DNA of 64,000 nt, taken from positions 32,001 through 96,000 of the IMG/VR virus record IMGVR_UViG_3300020048_000036; one strand, given 5' to 3'. Below are positions 1-9,700 of the stretch, in pieces. The position numbers and the translations under genes were made by a program. The notes beneath the pieces were generated by a model. The model was not told the DNA's origin and did not search any database. It worked only from the letters and a program-made list of their open reading frames with translations. Numbering within the stretch: position 1 is the stretch's first letter; each line of letters starts with the position of its first letter. The DNA comes from a virus.

Positions 1-1
1 T

Positions 2-73
2 TTAGCGGTAAGTAATCTTACAGACCTTATCCAAGTCTTAATTAATGAAGTTTGCGCTTTAAAAACTCCTTAA
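2..73 (+). CDS. 3' end of an upstream structural (tail-fibre-type) gene, cut by the window edge
   Basis: Open frame LAVSNLTDLIQVLINEVCALKTL* ends at TAA 71-73. It resembles the L..(I/L)L..(I/L)...(L/V)C segments of the following proteins. Confidence 0.55.
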   Translation, partial: LAVSNLTDLIQVLINEVCALKTP

Positions 74-86
74 CTAACTAATTACA

Positions 87-980
87 ATGAATTGTACTAC
101 CTGCAATGAGATTACTGGACACGGATGTGAAGAAACACTATGTAACGGAACTGTAAGTTTACCTTGTGATTTCGTAATACCTGCTTCTTGCATAAAAAAC
201 GTAACTGCACTTCCTAATTTGGGAGCATGTGACGAGGTAGCAGGTAACTATGCTTGTACCGATTTGCAAACTATTTTGCTTGCAATTGATGACAAGTTGG
301 AGAATTGTGGTGTAGATACTTATGTTGAAAGTGGGGCTTTGGATGGTGGCACACTTACATTAACGTTAAATGACGAAACAGAAGTAGAGATTGATTTATC
401 TTCTTTGGTAGTAAGTTCTGTTTGGAGTAGGAATAGTGGGGATGGTTTTTTGTTTCCTACAACTTTAACTGATAGCGTTGGTGTTGGTACAAATACCCCT
501 GATTATAAACTTGAAGTTGAAGGTGATTTTCAAACTACTTTTGCACCTAATGTAGATGAGGAATCCTTTATATTAAATGGGGAAAGGTCTCTCACTTTAC
601 CATACACAGGAGCATCTACTCTTGAAGGAGGTATAATTGGTTGTACTAGTACTACAACATCCTCTCTCTTGGCTGTGTTACCTTCGTCAACTAGTCTTAA
701 TTATCAAACAAGTTCTTTAATTGCAGAAATAAGTACATCAGCCGCTATCGGGGCTAACTTAAACTGTACCACAGGTGTAGATATATACTCTCAAATCACC
801 GCAAGCGTAGGTAATACCGCTTCCATGAGAAGTCAAACAGCAACGGATAACACTGTTTTACTTGTAAACCCCACTCAACTTACCATTGATGGTAATGTTG
901 GTTGGTCAGGAACATTCACAACAGGCACAGGAGATACTGTAACAGTACGTAAAGGAATTATAACTAGCGTAGCACCATAA
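87..980 (+). CDS. Putative tail fibre/collar structural protein with Cys-rich N-terminus
   Basis: 297 aa. Cys-rich N-terminus followed by a Thr/Ser/Gly-rich beta-type region with a VGVGTNTPDYKLEVEG repeat-like motif. Sits in the virion gene cluster. Confidence 0.6.
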   Translation: MNCTTCNEITGHGCEETLCNGTVSLPCDFVIPASCIKNVTALPNLGACDEVAGNYACTDLQTILLAIDDKLENCGVDTYVESGALDGGTLTLTLNDETEVEIDLSSLVVSSVWSRNSGDGFLFPTTLTDSVGVGTNTPDYKLEVEGDFQTTFAPNVDEESFILNGERSLTLPYTGASTLEGGIIGCTSTTTSSLLAVLPSSTSLNYQTSSLIAEISTSAAIGANLNCTTGVDIYSQITASVGNTASMRSQTATDNTVLLVNPTQLTIDGNVGWSGTFTTGTGDTVTVRKGIITSVAP

Positions 981-993
981 AACCAAAAACCAA

Positions 994-1152
994 ATGGAAG
1001 AATTTATTATCACGGAAAATTTGCGGAAAGACCTAAGAACCATAATCTTAGCAAGCAAACAAAACGTAGCAACTACGGAAGAGGTAATAAAAATCCTCAA
1101 CCAACTACAACAATTAAAACCAGTTTCTAAAGAGGAATCACCCCAAGTATAA
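994..1152 (+). CDS. Small helical protein, possible tail-fibre assembly chaperone (not in the ORF track)
   Basis: ATG 994 follows the A-rich leader aaaccaaaaaccaa. Encodes MEEFIITENLRKDLRTIILASKQNVATTEEVIKILNQLQQLKPVSKEESPQV (52 aa) and fills the gap between two fibre genes. Confidence 0.65.
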   Translation: MEEFIITENLRKDLRTIILASKQNVATTEEVIKILNQLQQLKPVSKEESPQV

Positions 1153-1161
1153 CAAACCAAT

Positions 1162-1932
1162 ATGAAGTGTAACGGTACATGTAGTCAATCAAAATGCAAC
1201 AAAGGCTGTAATTGCAGTACTTTAGGATGCACACATACACATGCAGATAGTTGTATTACACTATCTAAACCATTGTCTATTTGTGGAACCAAGACATTAC
1301 CTGTAGGTACATCACTTGATATTGTATTGGCTGATACCCTAACAGAACTATGCTCACTCGAAGGTGTAACTGGTCCCGCTGGACCTACTGGTGCAACGGG
1401 AGCCGCAGGAGCTACGGGTGCTACAGGCCCCGCAGGAGCTACGGGTGCTACTGGTGCAGCGGGTGCGGATGGTAGCGAGACTTATGCGCTATTACATTCA
1501 GACCCTACAACAGATACTACTACAAGTTCCAGTTTTACTATACTTAAAACATTTACTTTACCCGCAGGTACTTTTACAAATAATAATGATAAAATAACTG
1601 TAACGACTTTAATTAGAGCAAGCGGAACAGGTAATTCAGGTTTTGTTTTCACTATTGATGGTGGTTCTATTACAAATACAGGCCAACGTCCTGTATCCCC
1701 TTCGCTTACTGAAAAGATGGTACTTGAGATATTCAGGATAAATAACACTACAATCAGGAGTACTTTTTCCGTAATAACCTCTGGTGGTATACATAGTGTA
1801 TATGCAATGGGAAACACAACTGTACCTTCTTTGGCTGTAAACCCTATTGATATACAACTACAAGGTATTGCGACTTCCGTAGGCAGTACTGCAATTTGTG
1901 ATTTGTTAACCGTGGAAATCTACAAACAATAA
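1162..1932 (+). CDS. Collagen-repeat tail fibre/whisker-like protein
   Basis: 256 aa with a Cys-rich N-terminus, a (Gly-X-Y)n run GVTGPAGPTGATGAAGATGATGPAGATGATGAAGADG and a beta-rich C-terminus. Confidence 0.7.
   Translation: MKCNGTCSQSKCNKGCNCSTLGCTHTHADSCITLSKPLSICGTKTLPVGTSLDIVLADTLTELCSLEGVTGPAGPTGATGAAGATGATGPAGATGATGAAGADGSETYALLHSDPTTDTTTSSSFTILKTFTLPAGTFTNNNDKITVTTLIRASGTGNSGFVFTIDGGSITNTGQRPVSPSLTEKMVLEIFRINNTTIRSTFSVITSGGIHSVYAMGNTTVPSLAVNPIDIQLQGIATSVGSTAICDLLTVEIYKQ
1363..1472 (+). repeat. Collagen-like Gly-X-Y coding repeat with an exact DNA duplication
   Basis: ccgcaggagctacgggtgctac occurs twice, 27 nt apart (about 1403 and 1430). Confidence 0.85.
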
Positions 1933-1934
1933 TA

Positions 1935-3293
1935 ATGGCTAATAAGAAGAATATATTAATACTAGAGATAGATGACATTGGTGGTACTTACAACGTATCA
2001 AACGACCCTCTGTTAAGGACACAAGTCATAGTTGTTAAAAGAGCCACAGGAGACACAGGTACATTGACAGGTAGTGTTACTATTGCTGCAACTGCAAATG
2101 TAGAAGATGGTGTTTACTATGAATTTGAACTAGAAGATACATTTGTACTTGGTGCCAATACCTTTAGTATTTTTGGCGAACAACTTACAGCTACCCAATT
2201 ATTAGCTCATCCACAAGTAACCGTAAGGGACAACGGAGCAAGCTATGAAGTATACTTAGAAAACAATGGACTATATGTTACTACAGAAACAGCAAATATA
2301 GCTGATGAAGCAGTAACTTTAGCTAAAATGGCTGACCTTGCAAGAGGTTCTATTATAGTAGGTAACTCTACAACAAGACCTACTGCATACGATGCAAAAA
2401 CATCTGGTAGGATACTTGTAGGGGACGGTACAGACCTTGTTTCAGTTGCGGTAAGCGGTGATGTTACATTGGCTGCAAACGGGGCCGTAACGGTAGCTAA
2501 TGATGCTATAAACAACAACAAACTGGCAAATATTGCCCGTGGTAGTATAAAGGTTGGTGGTACATCTAACGCCCCCACGGATTTGGATGCAAAAACCTCT
2601 GGGTACATTCTTGTAGGTGACGGTACTGATATTAATTCCGTAGCCGTAAGTGGTGATGCAACTTTAAGTTCCGCTGGTGTGGTAACTATTGCAACAGATG
2701 CGATAACAAATACTAAACTTGCCAACATACCAGAAGGTAGTGTAAAAGTAGGAGGAGCATCAAACGCACCAACAGACTTAGACAACTCCACAGCAGGTGC
2801 AATAATCATAGGAAATGGAACAGGTGTAACATCACAAGTACTTACAGGTGCAATTACATTAAATTCAGCAGGTCTAACTACAATAGTGGACGATGCTGTG
2901 GTTACCGCAAAGATACTGGATGATAACGTAACTGTTGATAAAGTTTCTACAAACTTAAAGTATGATACAATAAATTTTGAAGCTAGTTTTGAAACTGGTG
3001 AATTAGGTGCTACAAAGATAAAGCTACCTTTTGGTGGTACTTTAGACAATATTTATGGTTTTGCCACAAAAACAATAGAAGCAACCAACAACGGTACTAT
3101 TACAATAAAGAACCATGCTGGATTAACATTAGCTACAATAACCGCTACCGCAGGTGATATAAGGACTACCGAATATAATAACACCCCTGCTTCAAACAAC
3201 GTATTTGCTATTGAGCAGTATATTACAGTTGAGACAAGCAAAGCTAATGCGGGTGGAAAAGTATTGTTACAGATGAGAGTATTAAAATCATAA
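1935..3293 (+). CDS. Repeat-containing tail fibre/shaft protein
   Basis: 452 aa with three roughly 65-aa internal repeats (A.DA(V/I)...K(M/L)A.(L/I)..GS(I/V).VG....PT..D..T.G.I..G.GT......(S/T)G..TL...G...). Confidence 0.7.
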   Translation: MANKKNILILEIDDIGGTYNVSNDPLLRTQVIVVKRATGDTGTLTGSVTIAATANVEDGVYYEFELEDTFVLGANTFSIFGEQLTATQLLAHPQVTVRDNGASYEVYLENNGLYVTTETANIADEAVTLAKMADLARGSIIVGNSTTRPTAYDAKTSGRILVGDGTDLVSVAVSGDVTLAANGAVTVANDAINNNKLANIARGSIKVGGTSNAPTDLDAKTSGYILVGDGTDINSVAVSGDATLSSAGVVTIATDAITNTKLANIPEGSVKVGGASNAPTDLDNSTAGAIIIGNGTGVTSQVLTGAITLNSAGLTTIVDDAVVTAKILDDNVTVDKVSTNLKYDTINFEASFETGELGATKIKLPFGGTLDNIYGFATKTIEATNNGTITIKNHAGLTLATITATAGDIRTTEYNNTPASNNVFAIEQYITVETSKANAGGKVLLQMRVLKS

Positions 3294-3331
3294 AGAAATA
3301 GAGCAGTTTTAGTTGGTTTTTACTGTTCGGG

Positions 3332-3360
3332 AGGGAGGGTCTTATGGCTCTCCCTTTTTT
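3332..3360 (+). terminator. Rho-independent terminator after the fibre cluster
   Basis: Hairpin agggagggtc-ttat-ggctctccct followed by a T run. Confidence 0.8.
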
Positions 3361-3368
3361 GGTAGGTA

Positions 3369-3415
3369 TTTGTTAGGTTTTTGGTAATGTCAAAACTTTA
3401 TCCTATATTTGTAGC
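3369..3415 (+). promoter_or_regulatory. Bacteroidota sigma70-type promoter for tnpB, with upstream TTTGTTAGGTTTTTGG box
   Basis: TTTG 3380-3383, 20-nt spacer, TATATTTG 3404-3411; the TTG start lies 4 nt downstream. Confidence 0.8.
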
Positions 3416-4525
3416 TTGAAATTATACAAAACATACAAGTTCAAACTCAAACCTAATAAGGCACAAGAGGAGACTTTTGAGTCTTGGGTAAATATTTGTA
3501 GGAAAATATACAATGTCGCATTAGAAGAACGTATCTGGGCTTATAAAACACTAGGTAAATCAATTAGCAAATTTGACCAACATAACCAATTACCTGAAAT
3601 TAAAAAATCATTTCCTTATGTAGGTGAAGTGTACTCGAATACCTTACAAGAAGTATTAGATAGATTAGACAAAGCTTATAAAAGTTTCTTCAAAGGTACA
3701 GGTTTTCCTAAGTTTGCCAAGAAAGGAAAATATAATTCTTTCACTTACAAGAGTCGTTTTACTGTTAAAGAAAAAACCATTAAACTACCCAAAATAGGTG
3801 AGGTCAAATATTTTAATTCCCAACCTATTTTGGGTAAACCAAAAACAGCAACAATAATAAAAGAAAACAACGGTTGGTTCATTTGTATAGTTAGTGAATA
3901 TGAAACAGAATTTAATCAAGTGGTGGTTGATAACCAAAACCCCATCGGATTGGATTGTGGTGTTACAAGGTTTCTAGCATTGTCAAATGGTACTTTTATT
4001 GATTCACCAAATTTCCTTCAAAAAGAGAGCAACAAATTAAGGCTACTCCAAAGAAAACTTAGCCGTCAGGTCAAAGGCTCCAAATCCCGTGATAAGACCA
4101 AGCAACAAATAAGGAAACTTCATAAGAAAATTTCCAATAGGCGTTTGGACTTTTTACATAAAACCTCTACCAACCTTTCCAACAATTTTTCCGCTATTTA
4201 CATGGAAGATTTGAATCTCCAAATAATGCAGGAGAAAGGGTTTAAGGAAGTCAACAAAGGTATGTTAGACAATGGTTTTTACACGTTTAAGGTGTTACTT
4301 GGTTACAAGATGGTTGAACGGGGCAAGCACCTTGGTCTTGTTAATCCCGCTTACACTTCCCAAACTTGTTTCTCTTGTGGCAACGTAGATAAACAATCAA
4401 GGATTTCACAATCAGAATACGTCTGTGTCAAATGTGGTTACATAAGTAACGCTGACACTATGGCTTCAAAGAACATATTGAGCAAGGGCATTGCTCAGGT
4501 TACAAAAGTACAACCGTTAGGTTAA
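3416..4525 (+). CDS. tnpB: TnpB RNA-guided endonuclease (IS200/IS605 family), solo with no tnpA
   Basis: N-terminal KTYKFKLKPN HTH region, RuvC-I PIGLDCG, RuvC-II IYMEDL, zinc ribbon CFSCG...CVKCG and RuvC-III NADTMASKNI. Confidence 0.95.
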   Translation: MKLYKTYKFKLKPNKAQEETFESWVNICRKIYNVALEERIWAYKTLGKSISKFDQHNQLPEIKKSFPYVGEVYSNTLQEVLDRLDKAYKSFFKGTGFPKFAKKGKYNSFTYKSRFTVKEKTIKLPKIGEVKYFNSQPILGKPKTATIIKENNGWFICIVSEYETEFNQVVVDNQNPIGLDCGVTRFLALSNGTFIDSPNFLQKESNKLRLLQRKLSRQVKGSKSRDKTKQQIRKLHKKISNRRLDFLHKTSTNLSNNFSAIYMEDLNLQIMQEKGFKEVNKGMLDNGFYTFKVLLGYKMVERGKHLGLVNPAYTSQTCFSCGNVDKQSRISQSEYVCVKCGYISNADTMASKNILSKGIAQVTKVQPLG

Positions 4526-4580
4526 GGCTGTAACCAGAATCCCGCTTTGGGAGTTGTCAAACACCTGTTTGTTAGTTTTT
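4480..4580 (+). ncRNA. Putative TnpB omegaRNA (3' scaffold plus guide); 5' boundary uncertain
   Basis: Stems gagcaa/ttgctc (4480-4496), ggttaca/tgtaacc (4498-4535) enclosing aacc-gtta-ggtt, and tccc/ggga (4540-4552). IS605-type right end ...agaatccc...gggagttgTCAA at 4560. The predicted guide starts at 4561. Confidence 0.75.
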
Positions 4581-4615
4581 TGGATATTAAAAAATTAAGT
4601 TGTAAATTTACAAGC
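4568..4615 (+). promoter_or_regulatory. Bacteroidota-type promoter of the ring/tail operon
   Basis: TTTGTTAGTTTTTTGG box, TTTG 4579-4582, 20-nt spacer, TAAATTTA 4603-4610; ATG at 4616. Confidence 0.7.
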
Positions 4616-5317
4616 ATGACCGTTGGCGAGTTCATTTCAGATGTGAAAAATTCTGTACGTGCCTTAACTAAGGACGACAGGATAAGTGGTAGGTATATCC
4701 ATAGCCTATCAAAAGACTTTACTAGTTACCTTATTGCAAACAGACCCCTTAGTGACGTGCTTAGGGACAGTTCTATTTTCACTGAAATAACCTGTGTGCA
4801 GATGGATAGGGTTAGGGCTGATATATGTGATATTGCGGAGTTCCGAAAGTGTAACAAGGTAATGAAATCCCACTGTAAACTTCCAGAACTATACAACTCT
4901 TCTATCGGCCCACTTGTAACTTCGGTTATGAATATTACAGGGGACGTGACTTACCAACACCTACGTTCCCCCGCAGACTACACGAATGCACAAAAAAGAA
5001 AGTTCCAAACCGCTACAAGATATTGGTATATATCAAATGGATATTTGTATTTATTAGGTTCTACTAGTGAGAGGGTAACTGTAAGCGGTTTGTTTTTGGA
5101 TGAACTTGAAGCACTTAAATTTTCGGAATGTTCTGATAAAGAAGAAAGCGAATGTGATTCAGTACTTGACTATAAGATAGTTATACCTAACAAATACTTA
5201 TCTACGGTAAAGGAACAAACAATTCAACATATTCTTAATACAAGAAAACGTATTCCCGCAGATGAATTGAGTAACCTTGACTCCAATACAAAAACAAACC
5301 AACAATTAGGCCAGTAA
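4616..5317 (+). CDS. Virion ring/adaptor-type structural protein (crAss-like)
   Basis: Start corrected to ATG 4616 (MTVGEFISDVK) because the track start lies inside the TnpB right end. 233 aa; position before the IHF-like, tubular and stabilisation genes matches crAss-like gene order. Confidence 0.55.
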   Translation: MTVGEFISDVKNSVRALTKDDRISGRYIHSLSKDFTSYLIANRPLSDVLRDSSIFTEITCVQMDRVRADICDIAEFRKCNKVMKSHCKLPELYNSSIGPLVTSVMNITGDVTYQHLRSPADYTNAQKRKFQTATRYWYISNGYLYLLGSTSERVTVSGLFLDELEALKFSECSDKEESECDSVLDYKIVIPNKYLSTVKEQTIQHILNTRKRIPADELSNLDSNTKTNQQLGQ

Positions 5318-5826
5318 TGGAAAAACAAAAGAAAGATTATGGTTTTAACCGAAATGAAAAACCGTGGAAAGGAAAATCTTTAGGGAAGGCAAAAAGCCTA
5401 ATGCAAGATAGGTACTATTCCCACATAGTAAAGAAAAACCCCAAGTTCAAAGGTGTAACCGACACAGAATACAGGAAGATGATGGAAGCCTTTTGGGACA
5501 AGGTAGGGGAGGTATTGATAGGACAACCTAACGGGGTAGTATTGGATGGGTTGGGGTATTTTGCATTCCCATCGTATATAAAAAAAATGAGAAGCCCTGT
5601 AACTAAAAAGATTAACGTAAAGACCAAGGGTTTTGTATATTACCCGCAATTCTTTGGAAAACTGTTCAATAATTTCCATGTTTCAGGATTGTCCCTTGAA
5701 TTGGCAAGGAAATTCCGCAGAAGGTGGTATCACTTGGTAGAAGCAGGACAACCATACAAATTTCATTACAGTACCCTCAAACAACTAGTAGGTGGAAAAC
5801 GGAAATACGCATATAAAATTAAGTGA
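5317..5826 (+). CDS. HU/IHF-like DNA-binding protein
   Basis: Basic 169-aa protein with ...FWDKVGEVLI...GVVLDGLGYF, like the HU/IHF V.L.GFG.F motif. Same position as the IHF-like gene in crAss-like tail modules. Confidence 0.6.
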   Translation: MEKQKKDYGFNRNEKPWKGKSLGKAKSLMQDRYYSHIVKKNPKFKGVTDTEYRKMMEAFWDKVGEVLIGQPNGVVLDGLGYFAFPSYIKKMRSPVTKKINVKTKGFVYYPQFFGKLFNNFHVSGLSLELARKFRRRWYHLVEAGQPYKFHYSTLKQLVGGKRKYAYKIK

Positions 5827-6742
5827 ATTTGTTGCGGATTTAAAAGCCACAAATTGGATTAAAGACAACCCCCACTTACTAGACGAGAACTCCGTTGCTA
5901 GGTGGGTGTATTTGGAACTAAAGGGTTTCGGAAGGAACGTTATGGACCAATATGAAGAGGTTGTGCATATCAACAATTACAGGGGTGAGATGCCAAGTAA
6001 TTTCTCGAACCTTAACCTAGCTGTTTATTGTGAAGTAGATTACGTGGCTGTACCAAAGGGAAGTGACCTTATACGTGTACAAACTAGGTTAATCGGGGAA
6101 AGGATAACTACACCCGAAGTAGTTATATGTGATAGTTGCGCCCCAATTGAAGACTCGAACAGATGCCCCGAAAGAGTAGTTGAAAACCTATATGTAGAGG
6201 GAACACAAACCAACATACACTACAAGAATTTTAATTACGTAAAAATTGGCCCTGACCTTATAAGGAACCATTGCTCCCCCGATTGTTTTAACAGGGGGAT
6301 AAAAAACAGCCCTTATGAAATCAATATCAAGGGAACTACAATATACGCTACTGGTTTTAAACAAGGCTCTTTATATACACGTTACTACGGTACACCAATG
6401 GATGAAGATGGTCTACCAGTTATCCCAATTACCCCAAATAGGTTTCTTGAAAAGTACCTTGAAGTATATGTAAAGCGCAGGATACTAGAGGATGCAATGT
6501 TATCTAAGGATGCTACAAATTTGCAGTTTATGTATCAGGCTTTTATGCAACAAGAATTAGACCTATACAACAAAGCCAAAAACGACACATCAAAAATAGA
6601 TATGGTAGCGTTGTATAAAGCTGTAGGCCACAACAGAAAACGCATGAACAAATATTATATCAATCTAGGCACAATAAAGTCAAACGCACAAAACAGTTAC
6701 CAAGGATACCTTGGAGCAGCATTTAACCCCAACTCATTTTAA
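5792..6742 (+). CDS. Tail tubular/ring protein (P22 gp4-like position)
   Basis: 316 aa, C-terminal LYTRYYGTPMDEDGLPVIP motif, directly upstream of the stabilisation gene. Confidence 0.55.
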   Translation: MENGNTHIKLSEFVADLKATNWIKDNPHLLDENSVARWVYLELKGFGRNVMDQYEEVVHINNYRGEMPSNFSNLNLAVYCEVDYVAVPKGSDLIRVQTRLIGERITTPEVVICDSCAPIEDSNRCPERVVENLYVEGTQTNIHYKNFNYVKIGPDLIRNHCSPDCFNRGIKNSPYEINIKGTTIYATGFKQGSLYTRYYGTPMDEDGLPVIPITPNRFLEKYLEVYVKRRILEDAMLSKDATNLQFMYQAFMQQELDLYNKAKNDTSKIDMVALYKAVGHNRKRMNKYYINLGTIKSNAQNSYQGYLGAAFNPNSF

Positions 6743-6745
6743 GGC

Positions 6746-9700
6746 ATGAAAAAAGAACGCAGTGTTGGGGGGGGTAAGTTAGGTATGATGAAAGATGCAC
6801 ATATAACATCTTTGCAAGAAACCATGTACGTACATGCCCTGAACTCAAATACCCAAGGTCAGGACGGAGATAGTTTGAACTTACAAAACGAGGAAAGTAA
6901 CGTGCTTTGTCATAACTTTCCAGCAGGTTTCAAAGTCGTAGGACCACCGTTAAAGGACATTACCGCAGATAGGACTTATTTCTTCCTGACAGACCCACTT
7001 ACACGTAGGTCTGAAATCGGCTATATAAGCGAACTTGAAAACCCAATATCCTTTACAGACACAATAGAGAATACTTGTGGTTGCGGTGTGGAAACTGTTT
7101 TGGCAGAAGGTCTTGAAAACATACAACAAACAGAGACTTGTACATATGTATCTATCATAAGGGACTATGTGTGTGAGTTTGGAGTACCAAACCTATGTCT
7201 TAACTTTGATATAAACTATCCAATCTCAAGTTCCCTAAAAGACGAGAAATGTGGGAAGGTAATATATTTTGCCGATGACCTTAACAATGACCGCAGGTTA
7301 GAACTTGATAACATAAACCAATATTATAGGACTACAATATTCTGTTCAGATGACCCCGAAGCAGTAGATTATGTAGAGAACTGTGATTGTGGGATGATAG
7401 AAGAAGACATTTGTATCAACTGTGACAAAATGTCTATTAGGCCAAAGAACCTACCGCTTAAAATTGAGGTAGAGGGATTGGTTAACGGTGGTCAAGTACG
7501 TCATGGGCAGTACGCATTTTTTGCGGGATACTCTGATTCCCAAGGAAACATGATTACAGAATACCTTACTACAACAAGTAAGACTTCCGTAAAAGACCCA
7601 AACAAAAACACCTATGAGCAACCCGAACTGGATGCAATAACAAATTTTTCTATTAAACTATCTTTAGATGGATTAGACCCCTCATTTGAATACTACAAGG
7701 TAGGTATATTACAAAGGAGTTCTGTTGATGGGGCAAATGGTTATTTTGAACTAGGGGTATTCCCCACCTCAACCAAACAAGTGTTGTTTTCGGGCGAACA
7801 GAACCTTGAACGTATAACAATAAATGAACTAGTTCAGCAATTTCCCGAATACCTACGTTCCAAGACTTTGGTTCAGGCAAACAACATGCTTTTCCGTTCA
7901 AACCTAGAAGCAAGACCTGACCCAAACCTACAGCCCGTAGTTAACTTCATGGGGCACTTTGCCAAATGGAGAACCGTAATTGCGGACGAGGAAATATATG
8001 AAACCGCAAGGGGAACGGCAAACTATGTAGGTTACATGAGGGACGAGGTAGTTCCTTTTGGAATAAGGTTTATTACCAATACAGGGTACAAAACCCCTCT
8101 TTATCCACTTATCCCAAGAGCACCGAAAGATAGCGATGAGTTGTTCACGGGAGAAATCAATTTAGAGGCACAGATAGACACGATAAACGATTATCTAGCC
8201 ATAGACCCACCAACAACATTATCTCCTAGTGATGGGTGGCTATTTGACGTTAGGTCAATAATTGATTCGGGCAACGGTGTGTGTACCACGGAGGAAAGGA
8301 ACAAAAAGTGGCAATTTTACAATACGGCTACCAATGACAGTACTATCTTTCAAACTTGCGGGGAAGACAGGGAAACAGAGATAAAAGAACTTACAAGGAA
8401 CTGTACCAATAGTAGTTTTATAGAAATTGACCTTTCTACTCCAATAGTACTTGACAATTTTAATGAAGATGATACCTTTACAACTTTCATACAATATTTG
8501 CGAGATAACGAAGGTAACTATCCCGATGACCTATCTGATTTACAAGATGCACTAGATGCTGCCGATACTGATGGGACTTCAACATATCTAGGTTGTTGTG
8601 ACCCAACTGATTTATTTGATGAAAATACTTGCGGTGACCCAATAGTACAGGAAAGGGGTGATGTAAGTCTAACTAAACTCTCACCAGTTGTATCTACAGA
8701 TAGACTTGTTTTTAATACAGAGTACCATCCTTGTAATTCAGGATTATATACAAGGCTAAAAACAACCACTACTTGTGATGAAGTATATACTTTTAGGTTT
8801 ACCGAAGAGGGAACGGCTGTAGGTAAGAACATAAATTTGTTTGATGGAGTTAGTGCTTTTATTTATGACCCTTGGTTACAAGGTACTGTAGGTTGTGGAC
8901 CTCCTTTTTATTTTGAGCGTAACCCTAACTATTTAAACAACAACAGCCCCACTTCCGCATTAGCTATAACACCTATACCCTATGATAATGTAACTGGTAG
9001 TTTTTATATCATACCACAATTTCCCCCTTTAGCCACAGCAACATCAGATACAACTTTAATAACAAATATAGATTCAGAAGTACCAGCAGGAGTGGTAGTT
9101 CTGCAAAACAAAGAGGGTATATGTACTGACCCAGATTATTCCTTTTTAAGTAAATGTCCTCCTAGTGTAACTGGTTACTTTAACCAAAAAGTACATAAAA
9201 ATGCTATTTGGTACAAGGTGAATAATATTGATACGGATTTTATAATGATTAACATAAGTAAAATAACTAATCCAAATGAGTTGTTTTATGATTGCTTAAC
9301 TTATTCAAACCATTTACGCCTTAGTGTATTTGATTCCACATTTTCATTAATAAACGATACTAGCGGAAACAAACTGGCAAAATTAGTACCTATAAAAGAG
9401 TTTGGTACAGTGTTACCCTCTGATGGGGTTTATTGTGTAGATACAAGGGGTTTGGAGACTATTTATTTTGCAGTTGATTCCCCTATTATACAAGGAGGTA
9501 TAGACCCACTTAACAAGTATCTTTCTGGAACACAGAACTGTATTAGTTTTGGGGTACATGAACCCCTTATAAATAGGGTTGTAGTTGAGTTGGAAAACCC
9601 TGCAATGAACGGTATTTTCAACTTGGAAATAACTAGGAGCTGTATTTATTCAGCAGCTTGTGAAGTACCTGTTAGTGATAAACTCAAATGTAATCCTTAT

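Noticed and set aside
3416-4525. TnpB as a nuclease-dead TldR-type repressor
   Set aside because: All three RuvC acidic residues (GLD, MED, NAD) are present.
4547-4615. Track start at 4547 for the ring protein; likewise starts at 30304, 35547, 36198, 45989, 50764, 54773 and 62176
   Set aside because: These upstream extensions run through IS ends, promoters, terminators or neighbouring genes; better-supported downstream ATGs were used.
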